From: Haliotis cracherodii
Taxonomy: Eukaryota
Assembly (NCBI RefSeq): GCF_022045235.1
Contig: NW_027266297.1
Location: 6,014,001 to 6,078,000, forward strand
DNA length: 64,000 bases
Direction of reading: 5' to 3'
A program made the position numbers and the translations under genes. The notes under the pieces were generated by a model that ran no database searches, was not told the DNA's origin, and worked only from the letters and a program-made list of their open reading frames with translations. This document shows positions 49,905 to 62,604 of the stretch, one piece after another. Position 1 is the stretch's first letter, and each line of letters starts with the position of its first letter.

Positions 49905-50610
49905 ATGCCAGTATATCCCGAATAACCTTGTTAATCCGGAACCTGTTAATCCCGCAACCCCATTTCTGGTCCATTTCTGTTGGTAACGTGGAAACATGTA
50001 CATTATCTAATAGATATTTACACATCTTCCCATGAAGATCAGGGATATAGTTGGTTTGCGTGAACCTGCGACGAACGGGATCGGGTGGTCAGGCTCGCAT
50101 GTAGTGTACTCCCAACATGCAGACCCGTGAAGATCCGTGGCAGATAGGTCTTCAGCAACCCATTCTTGCCGTAAAATGCGACAATGCTTGTCGTAAGAGG
50201 CGACTAACGGGACCGGGTGGTCAGGCTCGCTGACTTGGTTGATGCATGTCATCGATCCCAATTGCGTGGATCGGTGCTAATGATATTAATCCCTGGATCG
50301 TTTGGTCCAGACTCGGTTATTTACAGACCGCCGTCATATAGCTGAAATATTGCTGCATGCGGCGTTCAACAACAAACCAACCAACTAACCAACACAACTT
50401 GCATAGATCGATGCTCATTATATCAATCACGTGATTGTCTGCTGCAGACCCGGTAATTTACAGACCGCAGTCAAATAACTGGAATATTGGTGAACGCGGT
50501 GTTAATCAACAAACAAATGTACACACCTATGATTGGTTAATCCGGACATTTGTCATTCCGGACAAAATACTGGCAACAATCCCGCCGCATTAACGGGGTT
50601 TCAATATATA
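49905..50610. mobile_element. Possible pogo/Tc1-type MITE remnant filled with nested family A SINEs
   Basis: gttaatccgga motifs at both sides and terminal ccgcattaacggggtttcaatata; a similar end lies near 42693-42711. Confidence 0.35.
50122..50395 (+). mobile_element. SINE family A, full length, inserted into an older family A copy (50027-50098 + 50396-50517)
   Basis: Begins GACCCGTGAAGATCC; the flanking pieces are the 5' and 3' parts of another A copy. Confidence 0.88.
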
Positions 50611-53283
50611 ACCGTTATTGTCTGTCCACTTCCGATTCTAAATAACGTCAAACTTATCACTTCATCAAATTCTATTGTGACCCCCACCAATCAAAAAACA
50701 AACCCCAACCCCAACCCCACCTCTCAACCCCCTCAATGTAGCATCCAGTCGTAACCAGTCCCCTTCCCCAAACCTGTTATCATATTACTTGCTTTACGCG
50801 CATAACACCAAACTCGTGAGAATATTACGCGATGATGCGCTCAAAATAACATTTGATATTTACATTTAGGATAAATTTGTTGACTTCAATCATGTTTGGA
50901 GAAGCCCTCAAATTGCACTTAAGCCACATCATAAGAAGGTTGATGGTAACAGTGAAGAAGGAGTTGATACGGACCCCAGCCAAACTGCCCATCACAACCC
51001 GTTGTGATGACGGCAGTGTCCTGGGGCGGTGTTACTGCTTCGTTGAAGCCCATGCTTATTAGATCCGGGACCAAATTACTCGAGGCGAGGACCCAATCAA
51101 TCGGTTGATCGGGCTCCTCACACTGCGTGCGTCATAACCAAAGAGGGATATTGCACTTTTAATTGTCTTTTTTTCATAACTTCATGTCGTGCCAAGATGG
51201 CGAAATGGCAAAATATGTGACGTTGAAAAGATGGTTTAATTTACATTTCTTGAACCCATTTTAATGATCAACAACAAATCATAGTCCAACAACGAGTTAT
51301 TAATATTCTAAAACCATGACTGTACATATTTCTAAAAGTCGCTTTCTCATTCTGATCTGAGGCTATATCGGTTTTAATTTAATGTATTGTGCAGGACTGA
51401 CTCTTGCAGACAGTTTTGAAGGAAGAGCGTGGAAGCATCCGACCATTCGTCTTCATTACTCATGTTACGTTAAGTTCTATATTTAATTGTTATACAGAGT
51501 CAAGAATCCATGATGCTTTTCTCATGGTAAGCTATTTTGGGATAGCACTGGCGTCGTTATGATTAGATATTATTAATCGACGGCAATATTATTCTTCAAA
51601 GACAGTGTTCTCTCCACGGAATGGAATAATTTTCATTTCCCCAAAAAACATGTCTGTTTGGAACTTAAAATTGATGCTACATCACAGCTCCAGCTGCTTG
51701 GTAGCAGGAAACATAACTGCATGGTTAAGAAATTTGAATTCAGTAACCGTCATTTACATGTACGTTAGTGCGTTGTTGCAATTTACCTGCCAAGGAGATG
51801 ACTCTGGCTCACGAGGGGCTTCAGGGACGTATGGATATTCCCACAGAAACATAAGTAACCGATACAAACTACTTGAAGTAAATTACCAACACAGCAGAAT
51901 AATATAGTCAAGGACAGGATAGGCCCTACCGACTGATTTTGTCTCACAAAATGTAAATGAAGTTTGCACTCAAGTCGCAATACAATACTTCACGCCTGAT
52001 GGAAGGTGTAGCAAATCAAATACTGGATGGAAGAGAGAGGGATGCAGAAGGAATGATGTCTGGCTTGTTTTGCCAGTGAAGTGATTTGTTGCCGGCAAAT
52101 GAGGTTTGTAAATGGCAAGTGGGGAAGGGAGAGTGCGAACAAGAAGGAGAGATTTCTAGTTCATTTCGGCTTTTGAGTGAGAGAGGCTGTTGATGGGGGA
52201 TGGGAGGGCTAGCGTCTCTCGTCTCACAACCAGAGGGCTTTCTACTGCTTCAACAAACGTGATTTACACCGCTCCAAATTCTATTTAGCGGAATAGCCGC
52301 CCCACTCTCTCCTTACCAGAAACAATCGCCATAATTTGCCAAGCATCGCTGCGCGTGAGACACTAACAAACCCCCATTCGCCCCAAGGCGAGGCACAAAA
52401 CACAGGCTTACCGAAACATTCTATCTTTTTACATGTTTTTGCCTCCTAATTAGAGCAAAAAACTATAAGTCATTTGTGTTATACACGGCTTCGCTTGGTT
52501 ATTAGACGCGGCACTTCACCTGCGCTATGAGGGCTGCGCGTAATTTGCGGGCTGTTTGAAAGGAAGTGCATATCCGTTCTTCCCATAATTCCTCAGTACC
52601 TGAACTGCGCATGTGCCCCGGGGCACACTCGCTGGCACTCGGGCTCAATCTCATTCGGCCGGAGTAGTCCCAGCATGCAATTGGCCAATCTGGTTACAAA
52701 GCCGATCTTTTACAAGTCACGCAGAAAATCGCTGCCGTTGATGTCAAAAACTGATTTGACTGCCTCAAGATTTATCAGTGATATGTGGACCCCGGTCAGA
52801 TCGTCGCTTTTGTTATCAGAACAATTGCAGTGTAGTTTCACGCAATCCATATTTGCAAATCCGAACAAAAGATTAAAAAAAACTGCTAAACCTTGGCAGC
52901 GCCATACAGGCCTACAATGAAAGCTGTCAAAGATATTATTTCCCAACTCAGGCCATAAATATCAGTGCATTAGGAGACAGTTTGTCAAAGTGATATATCT
53001 TTCACTGTTAATATTGACTGTTAATATTGCTATGGCGCGTATATATTGCTCCAGCGGTCTGTCTTGTGCATTAACTAGCCATATCACGTTCTGTGAAACA
53101 AATACATGGTTGGTAAACGGTCGTATAATCCTACAGAACACCGGATTAAGTAGTTAAGAAGAGGGAGAAATATGTTTGTTGATAAAAACATTAGTTAATT
53201 GTTCGGCATAGAGTTATTGGTACCTGCTTTCAGCCGAAACTAGCATGATGCTGTTGTCGAAACATTCCCCTCTAATGCCATTT

Positions 53284-54450
53284 GGGATGAAACCTTGGGA
53301 TGAAACCTCGGGATGAAATCTTCCAATGATATGAACCTTAGAATTATCCTTGCGATAGGATGAGGCAGTGGGATGAAACCTAGGGCCAGGGTGAAACCTT
53401 GGGATAGCATAAAACCTTGGGATGAAACCTAGGGACCGGACTAAACGTTACGATAGTATGAAACCTTGGGATGGACATTGGGGCAGGATGAAACCTTGGG
53501 ATGGACATTGGGGCAGGATGAAACCTTGGGATAGAATGACCTTTTGGATGAAACCTTGGGACAGGATAAAACCTTGGGATAGAATGACCTTTTGGATGAA
53601 ACCTTGGGACACGATGAAAGCTTGAGATAGAATGACCTTTGGGGTGAAACCTTGGGACAGGATGAAACCTTGGGATAGAATGACCTTTTAGATGAAACCT
53701 TGGGACATGATGAAACCTTGGGATAGCATGACCTTTGGGGTGAAACCTTGGGACAGGATGAAACCTTGGGATAGAATGACCTTTTGGATGAAACCTTGGG
53801 ATAGAATGACCTTTGTGATGAAACCTTGGGATAGAATGACCTTTTGGATGAAACCTTGGGACAGGATGAAACCTTGGGATAGAATGACCTTTTGGATGAA
53901 ACCTTGGGATAGGATGAAACCTCGGGATAGAATGACCTTTTGGATGAAACCTTGGGACATGATGAAACCTTGGGATAGAATGACCTTTTGGATGAAACCT
54001 TGGGACTTAATGAAACCTTGGGAGAATGACCTTTTGGATGAAACCTTGGGACAGGATGAAACCTTGGGATAAAATGACATTTGGGATGAGACCTTGAGAT
54101 AGGATGAAACCTTGGGATGGCCATTGGGACACGATGAAACCATATGATGAAACCTTGGCATAGAATGAACTTTAGGATGAATCCTTGGGGTGGGATGAAT
54201 CTTTGAGCCTCAGGGTGAGGATGAAACCTTGAGAAAGGAGCCTTGGGGTGGGATGGAATCTTGGGATGGAACCTTTGGATTGGACGAAACCTGGCTGAAC
54301 CCTTGCGATGGGATCAAACCATGTGATGGAGCGTTGGGTTAGGTTGAAACCCTGAGATAGGATGAAGCAATAGGATTGGATGAAACCTTTGGATCTGATG
54401 GAACCTTGGAATTGGTATGGAACCTTTGGGATAGGATGAACCGTTGGAGT
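53284..54450. repeat. Composite 18/30-bp minisatellite with degenerate edges
   Basis: gatgaaaccttgggacag / gatgaaaccttgggatagaatgaccttttg. Confidence 0.94.
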
Positions 54451-54946
54451 AGTATGTCACACTGGAACTGAGTCTTGTTAGAACACAGCTGGAGCAGGGA
54501 CGGGGTCTAGGTAGAGCGTGGTTTAAGAGATTTTTTAGTTAGGTTTAGGTAAAAATGGAAGAAACGTAGTTATACTGGTGTTAGAGCGGCGTTGAAGTGG
54601 AATAAGAATGATGTAGGGATGAGGTTCGTCTGAGTGTCAAGATATTTGATCATTAGGAAATTTGGGTTATCTTCAAGGAACAACGAAATGACAATATTTA
54701 AGATATCAACAGACAGATGCATATGATGAGCTAGTGTCTGCAGAGATAATCTTTGTCCACGGCCATTTGCAAAGATATTATGGACCTAACAACCAGACAT
54801 TACGAGTAAGATAATAAAACCACCATTTTGAATTAAGTACACATAAATAAACATAATTCCTTGTTAAGTTCATAACATCTTTACAACGGCCCTAAACACA
54901 GAGTTACGATACAGACAACGGTGCTTAGAATGTTGTCATACCACAT

Positions 54947-55105
54947 GGAGAGCTGGGGTAGCCTAGTGGGTAAAAGCGTTCGCTCGTCATGCCGAAGACC
55001 TGGGTTAGATTTTCCACAGAGAGCAATGTGAGGAGACCATTTCTTGTGTCTCCCAATCGTGAAAATGGTGGAATATTGCTAAAAGCGGGGTAAAACAATA
55101 CTCGC
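54947..55105 (+). mobile_element. SINE family B
   Basis: ggggtagcctagtgg...aagcgttcgctcgtca...ggaatattgctaaaagcgg. Confidence 0.85.
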
Positions 55106-55931
55106 TGTCATGACAACTAATACTTGTGGAACGAAAGAGGGTAACGCCATTCATCGACCAGACACCGAGAAACATTAAACAATTTCGATCTGGCCTTGTG
55201 TGACATACTGGACAATAAGAAGATGTGGCTTCAGCTTGTGAAACATAATGCCAATCCCCCTGGTTTCTGGATCTGATTAGAAGGGTAATCACCCGCCATA
55301 TTGTTTGATCCGAGGAGGATGAGGGAGGGGAGTGGAAGTAGGGGGGTACTCCCAGCGTTCTCTCACTCGCGTAATTCCCACCTTGGGGTTATATGGAAAT
55401 GAGAATATTCTGAGCCGCTGAGAGGCACTTGACTCCAATCTCTTCACGGTAAAGTCCCCCCAACAAGCTACAAGTGCTAATAATAAGACTACACAAACAC
55501 CTTCCAGCTACCATGGTCTCGTGCGAAGTCATCTAAATTCCTAAAAAATAGTCTTCGATTTTTCAAAGAGCCTCTGTAAACACACTGCACCAGGAAGTGG
55601 AAAAAGAACTTTCCTCAATCTGGGAAACGTTCTTCTGCGTCTTGAAAGTACCACATAGGGAAGTGATGAGACGGTACAGGTTGCCGTGTATGTAAAGACT
55701 TCACGTTCTCTGTAAGTGTTTCCCTTGTTGTGGAGAAACGAGGCTGAGGGACATCAGGAAGTACGATAGACAATTGTTGTATAGTAATTGTGATTGTAGT
55801 GATGTGTCAATGCATTACCTACAGGTGCTTGAATGTGACGAGGTATGTACGATGTAGTCTATCGGTTTTGTCGAGTGGATTCTAGGTAAGGAGTTAGTCA
55901 AAACCAGTCAATATAGCGTCGAATGCAACCT

Positions 55932-56080
55932 TGAGTGAGTGAGTGAGTGAGTGAGTGAGTGAGTGAGTATCACTTTAAACAGCGAGGAAGGCCAGGAATT
56001 TAACATATTACAGCAATAAGATGAGTCGAACCCAGATCGTCCACGTGAAGAGCGAATACTTTAACTACTATACCACGCCC
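55932..56080 (-). mobile_element. Diverged SINE family B with expanded (GAGT)n tail
   Basis: tcgaacccag, gagcgaatactttaactacta, (GAGT)n at 55933-55968. Confidence 0.6.
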
Positions 56081-56819
56081 TTGTCTCCTAACATAGCGAA
56101 AACATGTGAAACATTTCTGAAATATTTGTCGTCACGCACTGTTCAAATAAAAAAACATCCCCCCAAAACTGATATTAATGATTCTTTAACCAGTCTTAGC
56201 TTGTTCAAACATGATATTTCCTCATTAATTTTACAACACTAGGCATTAAACCTATCAAGGAATTTAATTATAATATTTTGTGGGCGCTTTCGTTCAGAGA
56301 ATTGAATTGAATTCATAACTTCGAATTAAATTAACAGAATGTGCATGATCCCTAACGGTTGTTTCTAGCCTTCGCCTTTCTTCTCTCGTGTGGAGATTAA
56401 TTGATTACCAAATCCATATTCGACGTCAAAGCATCAGCTGTATAATTGTTCTTGATTATAGCACGTGACGTGGTCATAACTTACGCTTGGAAGGTCCGGC
56501 CTTGTTTGAGATATTGTCTGTGACAGACTGGACAGTCATTACAAAGCCTGCCGTCCAGTGGGCAGCTAATGGGCCTACATGGCGTCTCATGACGCTGCTC
56601 GCTGGGGGATGATGTCGGACTATGTTACAGGGTATTGACAGATGTGTCACCTCTGATGACCCGGATTACAACAAAGTGTCAGTTTCGCTGTCAATCAAGG
56701 GACACGTTAATGGGGTGGCGACGAAAGGAAAGCGCAGGTTGGGAGTCGGCTTGTTATGGAATTAGTTGTTGGTTGGGGATTACGGGGTGGGCAATACCAT
56801 CCACCTACGACAAAATGTG

Positions 56820-59800
56820 TTCGTACATTACAATCACAGTTATAGCACCAGGTGTTCGTACATCACTGTAATCAGAGTGACACCATTAGGTGTTCAGTCA
56901 TGGTGGCAGTCACAGTGACAACACACTTGTTCCTTCAACACGTACAATCATAGTTATACCACCAGGTGTTTCTACATAGCGGCAATCACAGTGACACCCC
57001 CAGATGTTCATACATAGCTACAATCACAATGACACCACCAGGTCTTCATACATGGCAAGTCATCACAGTGACACCATCAGGTGTTCATGCAGCGGTAATC
57101 ACAGTGACACCATCAGGTGTTCATACATAGCTACAATCACGACACCACCAGGTGTTCATACATGGCAAGTCATCACAGTGATACCACCAGGTGTTCATAT
57201 AGCGGCAAACACAGTGACACCATCAGGTGTTCAGACATAGCTACAACCACGACACCACCAGGTGTTCATACATGGCAAGTCATCACAGTGATACCACCAG
57301 GTGTTCATATAGCGGCAAACACAGTGACACCATCAGGTGTTCAGACATAGCTACAACCACGACACCACCAGGTGTTCATACAGCGGCAATCACAGTGACA
57401 CCATCAGGTGTTCATACAGCGGCAATCACAGTTACACCCCCAGATGTTCATACATAGCTACAATCACAATGACACCACCAGGTCTTCATACATGGCGAGT
57501 AATCACAGTGACACCATCAGGTGTTCATACATGGCGGCAATCACAGTGACACCAGCAGGTGTTCATACATGGCGAGTTATCACAATGACACCATCAGTTG
57601 TTCACACAGCGGCAATCACAATGGCACCAGCAGATGTTCATACATAGCGGCAATCACAGTGACACCACCAGGTCTTCATACACGGTGAGTAATCACAGTG
57701 ACACCATCGGGTGTTCATGCATAGCTACAATCACGACACCACCAGGTGTTCATACAGCGGCAATCACAGTGACACCATCAGGTGTTCATACATAGCTACA
57801 ATCACGACACCATCAGGTGTTCATACATGGCGGCAATCACAGTGACACCAGCAGGTGTTCATACATAGCAGCAATTACAGTGACACCACCAGGTCTTCAT
57901 ACATTGCGAGTAATCACACTGACACCATCAGGTGTTCATTCATGGCGAGTTATCACAATGACACCATCAGTTGTTCACACAGCGGCAATCACAGTGACAC
58001 CAGCATGTGTTCATACAGCGGCAATCACAGTGACACCATCAGGTATTCATACATAGCTACAATCACGACACCATCAGGTGTTCATACATGGCGGCAATCA
58101 CAGTGACACCACCAGATGTTCATACATAGTTACTATCACAATGACACCACCAGGTCTTCATACACGGTGAGTAATCACAGCGACACCATCAGGTGTTCAT
58201 ACATGGTGGCAATCACAGTGACACAATCAGGTGTTCATGCATGGCGGCAATCACAGTGACACCGTCAGGTGTTCAGACATAGCGGCAATCACAGTGACAC
58301 CATCAGGTGTTCAGACATAGCGACAATCACGACACCACCAGGTGTTCATACAGCGGCAATCACAGTGACACCATCAGGTGTTCAGACATAGCGACAATCA
58401 CGACATCACCAGGTGTTCATACAGCAGCAATCACAGTGACACCACCAGGTGTTCATATATAGCGGCTATCACCATGACACGATCAGGTGTTCATACATGG
58501 CGAAGAATCACAATGACACCATCAGGTGTTCATGCAGCGGCAAACACAGTGACACCACCAGGTGTTCATATATAGCGGCTATCACCGTGACACGATCAGG
58601 TGTTCATACATGGCGAAGAATCACAGTGACATCACCAGGTGTCCATACATCAGCAATCACAGTGACACCACCGGGTGTATATACATGGCAGCAATCACAG
58701 TGTCACCAGCAGGTGTTCATACATAGCGGCAATCACAGTGAAACCATCAGGTGTTCATATATGGCGAAGAATTACAATAACACCATCAGTTGTTCATGCA
58801 GCGGCAAACACAGTGACACAACCAGGTGTTCATACATGGCGGCATCGCAGTGACACCACCAGGTGTTCATATATAGCGGCTATCACAGTGACACCATCAG
58901 GTGTTCATACATAGCTGCTATCACAGTGACATCATCAGGTGTTCATACATCAGCAATCGAAGTGAGACCACCGGGTGTTCATACATGGCGGCAATCACAG
59001 TGACACCAGCAGGTGTTCATACATAGCGACAACCACAGTGACACCATCAGGTGTTCATACAGCGGCAATCAGAGTGACACCATCAGGGATCATACATAGC
59101 TACAATCACGACACCACCAGGTCTTCATACATGGCGGCATCACACTGACACCACCAGGTGTTAATATATAGCGGCTATCACAGTGACACCAGCAGGTGTT
59201 CATACATAGCTACAATCACAGTGACATCATCAGGTGTTCATACAGCGGCAATCGCAGTGACACCAGCAGGTGTTCATACATAGCTGCTATCACAGTGACA
59301 TCACCAGGTTTTCATACATAACTACAATCATGACACCATCAGGTGTTCATACGGCGGCAATCACAGTGACACCAGCAGGTGTTCATACATGGCTGCTATC
59401 ACAGTGACATCACTAGGTGTTCATACATAGCTACAATCACGACACCACCAGGAGTTCATACATAGCTACAATCACATTGACACAATCAGGTGTTCAGACA
59501 TGGCGAGTAATCACAGTGACACCATAAGCTGTTCATACATAGCTACAATCACGACACCACCAGGTGTTCATACATGGCGGCAATCACAGTGACACCATCA
59601 GGTGTTCATACATAGCTACAATCACGACACCAGTAGGTGTTCATACAGCGGCAATCACAGTGACACCATCAGGTGTTCATACATGGCGGAAATCACAGTG
59701 ACACCAGCAGGTGTTCATACATGGCGAGTTATCACAATGACACCAACAGGTGTTCATACATAGCTACAATCACGACACCACCAGGCGTTCATACTGCGGC

Positions 59801-60895
59801 AATTACAGTGACACAATCAGGTGTTCATACATAGCTACAATCACAATGACACAACCATGTCTTCATACATGGCGAGTAATCACAGTGACACCCTCAGGTG
59901 TTCATACATAGCGACAATCACGGCATCACCAGTTGTTCATACAGCGGAAATCACAGTGACACCATCAGGTGTTCATACATAGCTACAATCACGGCATCAC
60001 CAGGTGTCCATACAGCGGCTGTCACAATGACACCATCAGGTGTTCATACATAGCTACAATCACAATGACACCAGCAGGTGTTCATACAGCGGCAATCACA
60101 GTGAAACAATCGGGTGTTCATACATGGCGAAGAATCACAGTGACACCACCAAGTGTTCATGCAGCGGCAATCACACTGACACAACCAGGTGTTCATACAT
60201 GGCGACAATCGCAGTGACACGATCAGGTGTTCATATATATAGCAGCTATCACAGTGACACGATCAGGTGTTCATACATAGCTACAATCACAATGACACCA
60301 GCAGGTGTTCATACAGGGGCAATCACAGTGAAACAATCGGGTGTTCATTCATGGCGAAGAATCACAATGACACCATCAGGTGTTCATGCATGGCGGCAAA
60401 CACAGTGACACAACCAGGTGTTCATACATGGCGGCATCGCAGTGACACCACCAGGTGTTCATATATAGCGACAATCACAATGACACCAGCAGGTGTTCAT
60501 ACAGCGGCAATCACAGTGACACCATCAAGTGTTCATACAGCGCCAATCACATTGGCACAATCAGGTGTTTAGACATGGCGAGTAATCACAGTGACACGAT
60601 CAGGTGTTCATACATAGCTACAATCACGACACCACCAGGTGTTCATACAGCGGCAATCACAGTGACACCATCAGGTGTTCATACATAGCTACAATCACAG
60701 TGACACCATCAGGTGTTCATACATGGCGAGTAATCACAACGACTCCATCAGGCGTTCATACAGCAGCAATCACGACACCACCAGGTGTTCATACAGTGCC
60801 AATCACATTGACACCACCAGGTCTTCTTCATACATGGCGAGTAATCACAGTGACACCATCAGGTCTTCCTATAGCGGCAATAACGGTGATGACAC
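56820..60895. repeat. ~34-39-bp variable-unit minisatellite, ~4 kb
   Basis: Core atcacagtgacacca(t/c/g)caggtgttcatac with variable linkers. Confidence 0.97.
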
Positions 60896-61537
60896 ATTTT
60901 GTACACATATTTCCCAGTAGAAACCACGTCTGAATTCTACTCCTTGTCATGTTCCGTGAGACTCGCGATGAATTGGCTTCAGGGCATTTAAAGAGTCGTT
61001 TTATCTTCACTTATGATAACTTATTCATATTACATTTTATTCAACTACTGTAACATGTAAAAGTCAGTTCTCCTATAAAATAAATACGGTATGCCACGTT
61101 CGGTGTTAATGCGCGATATGCATGGAAACACGCAGGTGCTGCAATCAATGCTTCGCCTCGGCAATGACACGCTGTACGTGTCAAGGGAAATGCTAGATTG
61201 CAACATTGGATGAATATCTCTATTCGATCGCTGTATGTTTGTGTTGTGGTTTTGTCTCAGTACAATAGGTGAACCCCAAATAAATATGGTTTTTTTTAGG
61301 CCTAATGGCGGCGTATAACTCTCAAATTCCTTCTGTCCTACGTTATGTTTATCAAACAAATGCGACCACCTCCATGTACTGGTGGATAGAGCGTTTGAAA
61401 TATGCAAAAAATGTTAAAATTCTATTTATCCAAACGGTTTCTTTATAAAAGGTGACGGAAAACAGGGAAATAAGAAATTAATTTCATATTGTCTCATTTC
61501 TATTTAAGACTTTAAAAAAGATTGTACTTGTTGTTAA

Positions 61538-61661
61538 CCTGCCTGGCGCAAGGCATAAAGAGGCTAAAACAAGGACTGGTCAGCTCGGAGTCAGTATACT
61601 GTCAGAGTTGGGTATTCATTCTAAACTGCCGCATGGTATCTCAGTGGGCTAGCACTATAAA
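61538..61661 (+). mobile_element. SINE family D fragment
   Basis: cctgcctggcgc...aaaacaaggactggtcagctcggagtcagtatactg...ctagcactataaa. Confidence 0.75.
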
Positions 61662-61726
61662 ATGCTTTTAGGGTTACTTACTTAATTTGGAATTTTGAAA
61701 TATGCCATGCAAAAGGTGGAGGGTGT

Positions 61727-61757
<31 letters not shown>

Positions 61758-62396
61758 GGGGACTAAATGGAGTTTGTGTTTGTGTGTTTTTTTGGGTTTA
61801 GAACTTTAGAGTTTATTGGCAGCTTGTTTGTTGTACTTTTCTTAACGCGGCCAAGTAGGCCTGTTTTGCATATTTGAATAGTTATATGCCTCGTGCTTTA
61901 AAGGTTTGTAAGTCATTTAGGGGGTTCAGTGCAGTTGCTAGTGTCATTTGATTGTTGCAATTTAGTGTGGATTGGAGTGTTGTTCTGTGTTGCTGGTAAT
62001 GTGTGCAGTATAGTATTACGTGTTCAGGCGTTTCTTTTAAGTTGCAGTGGGGGCATTTACCGGTTTGGTTTTTTTTTAATTTGGTGTTGGTGGGAGTTTA
62101 ACGTAGTGTGGCCTGTTTGTAGTTTAGTTATTACTCCGTCATTTGTTTTGGTTTTCTGATGGATTTTTTTTAGTGGCTTTTGTAGCTTGTGTTTCAGTTT
62201 GCAATCAGATTTCTGATAGTTATTTTGCCACTTTTGGAAGATTTTCTCCTTTGTGAGACTTTTAATTTCTTTTTTTTTTTATATTGGTAGGTTGATGCTT
62301 ATTTCTTCTATTTTTAGTGCTGATTTGGCTGCTTTGTCTGCGTGTTCGTTGCCAAACACTCCGTGGGCAGGGATCCAAACTATTTCTATGTCTCGT

Positions 62397-62604
62397 GCTA
62401 GTCCAGACTAATGTCGATTTTATAGTGCTAGCTAACTGAGGTACCCCGCCGCAGAGTGACATGAATATCCCACTCAGACACAGTACACTGACACCGAGCT
62501 GACCAGTCCTTGTTTTAGCCCCTTAATGCCGAGCGGCCGGGGATAGAACCCCAGACTTTGCGCTCTCCTGGTGGACGCTCTACCACTGGACCACAGAGGC
62601 GGTC
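62397..62604 (-). mobile_element. SINE family D, internally deleted
   Basis: tttatagtgctagc, ccttgttttagcccc, acgctctaccactggaccac. Confidence 0.82.

Noticed and set aside
53422-54161. ORFs with MKPWDR or PKVSS repeats
   Set aside because: Translations of the 18/30-bp minisatellite on both strands.
56820-60895. CRISPR-like repeat/spacer appearance and many short ORFs
   Set aside because: Eukaryotic context, reused related linkers, no cas genes; the ORFs are repeat translations.
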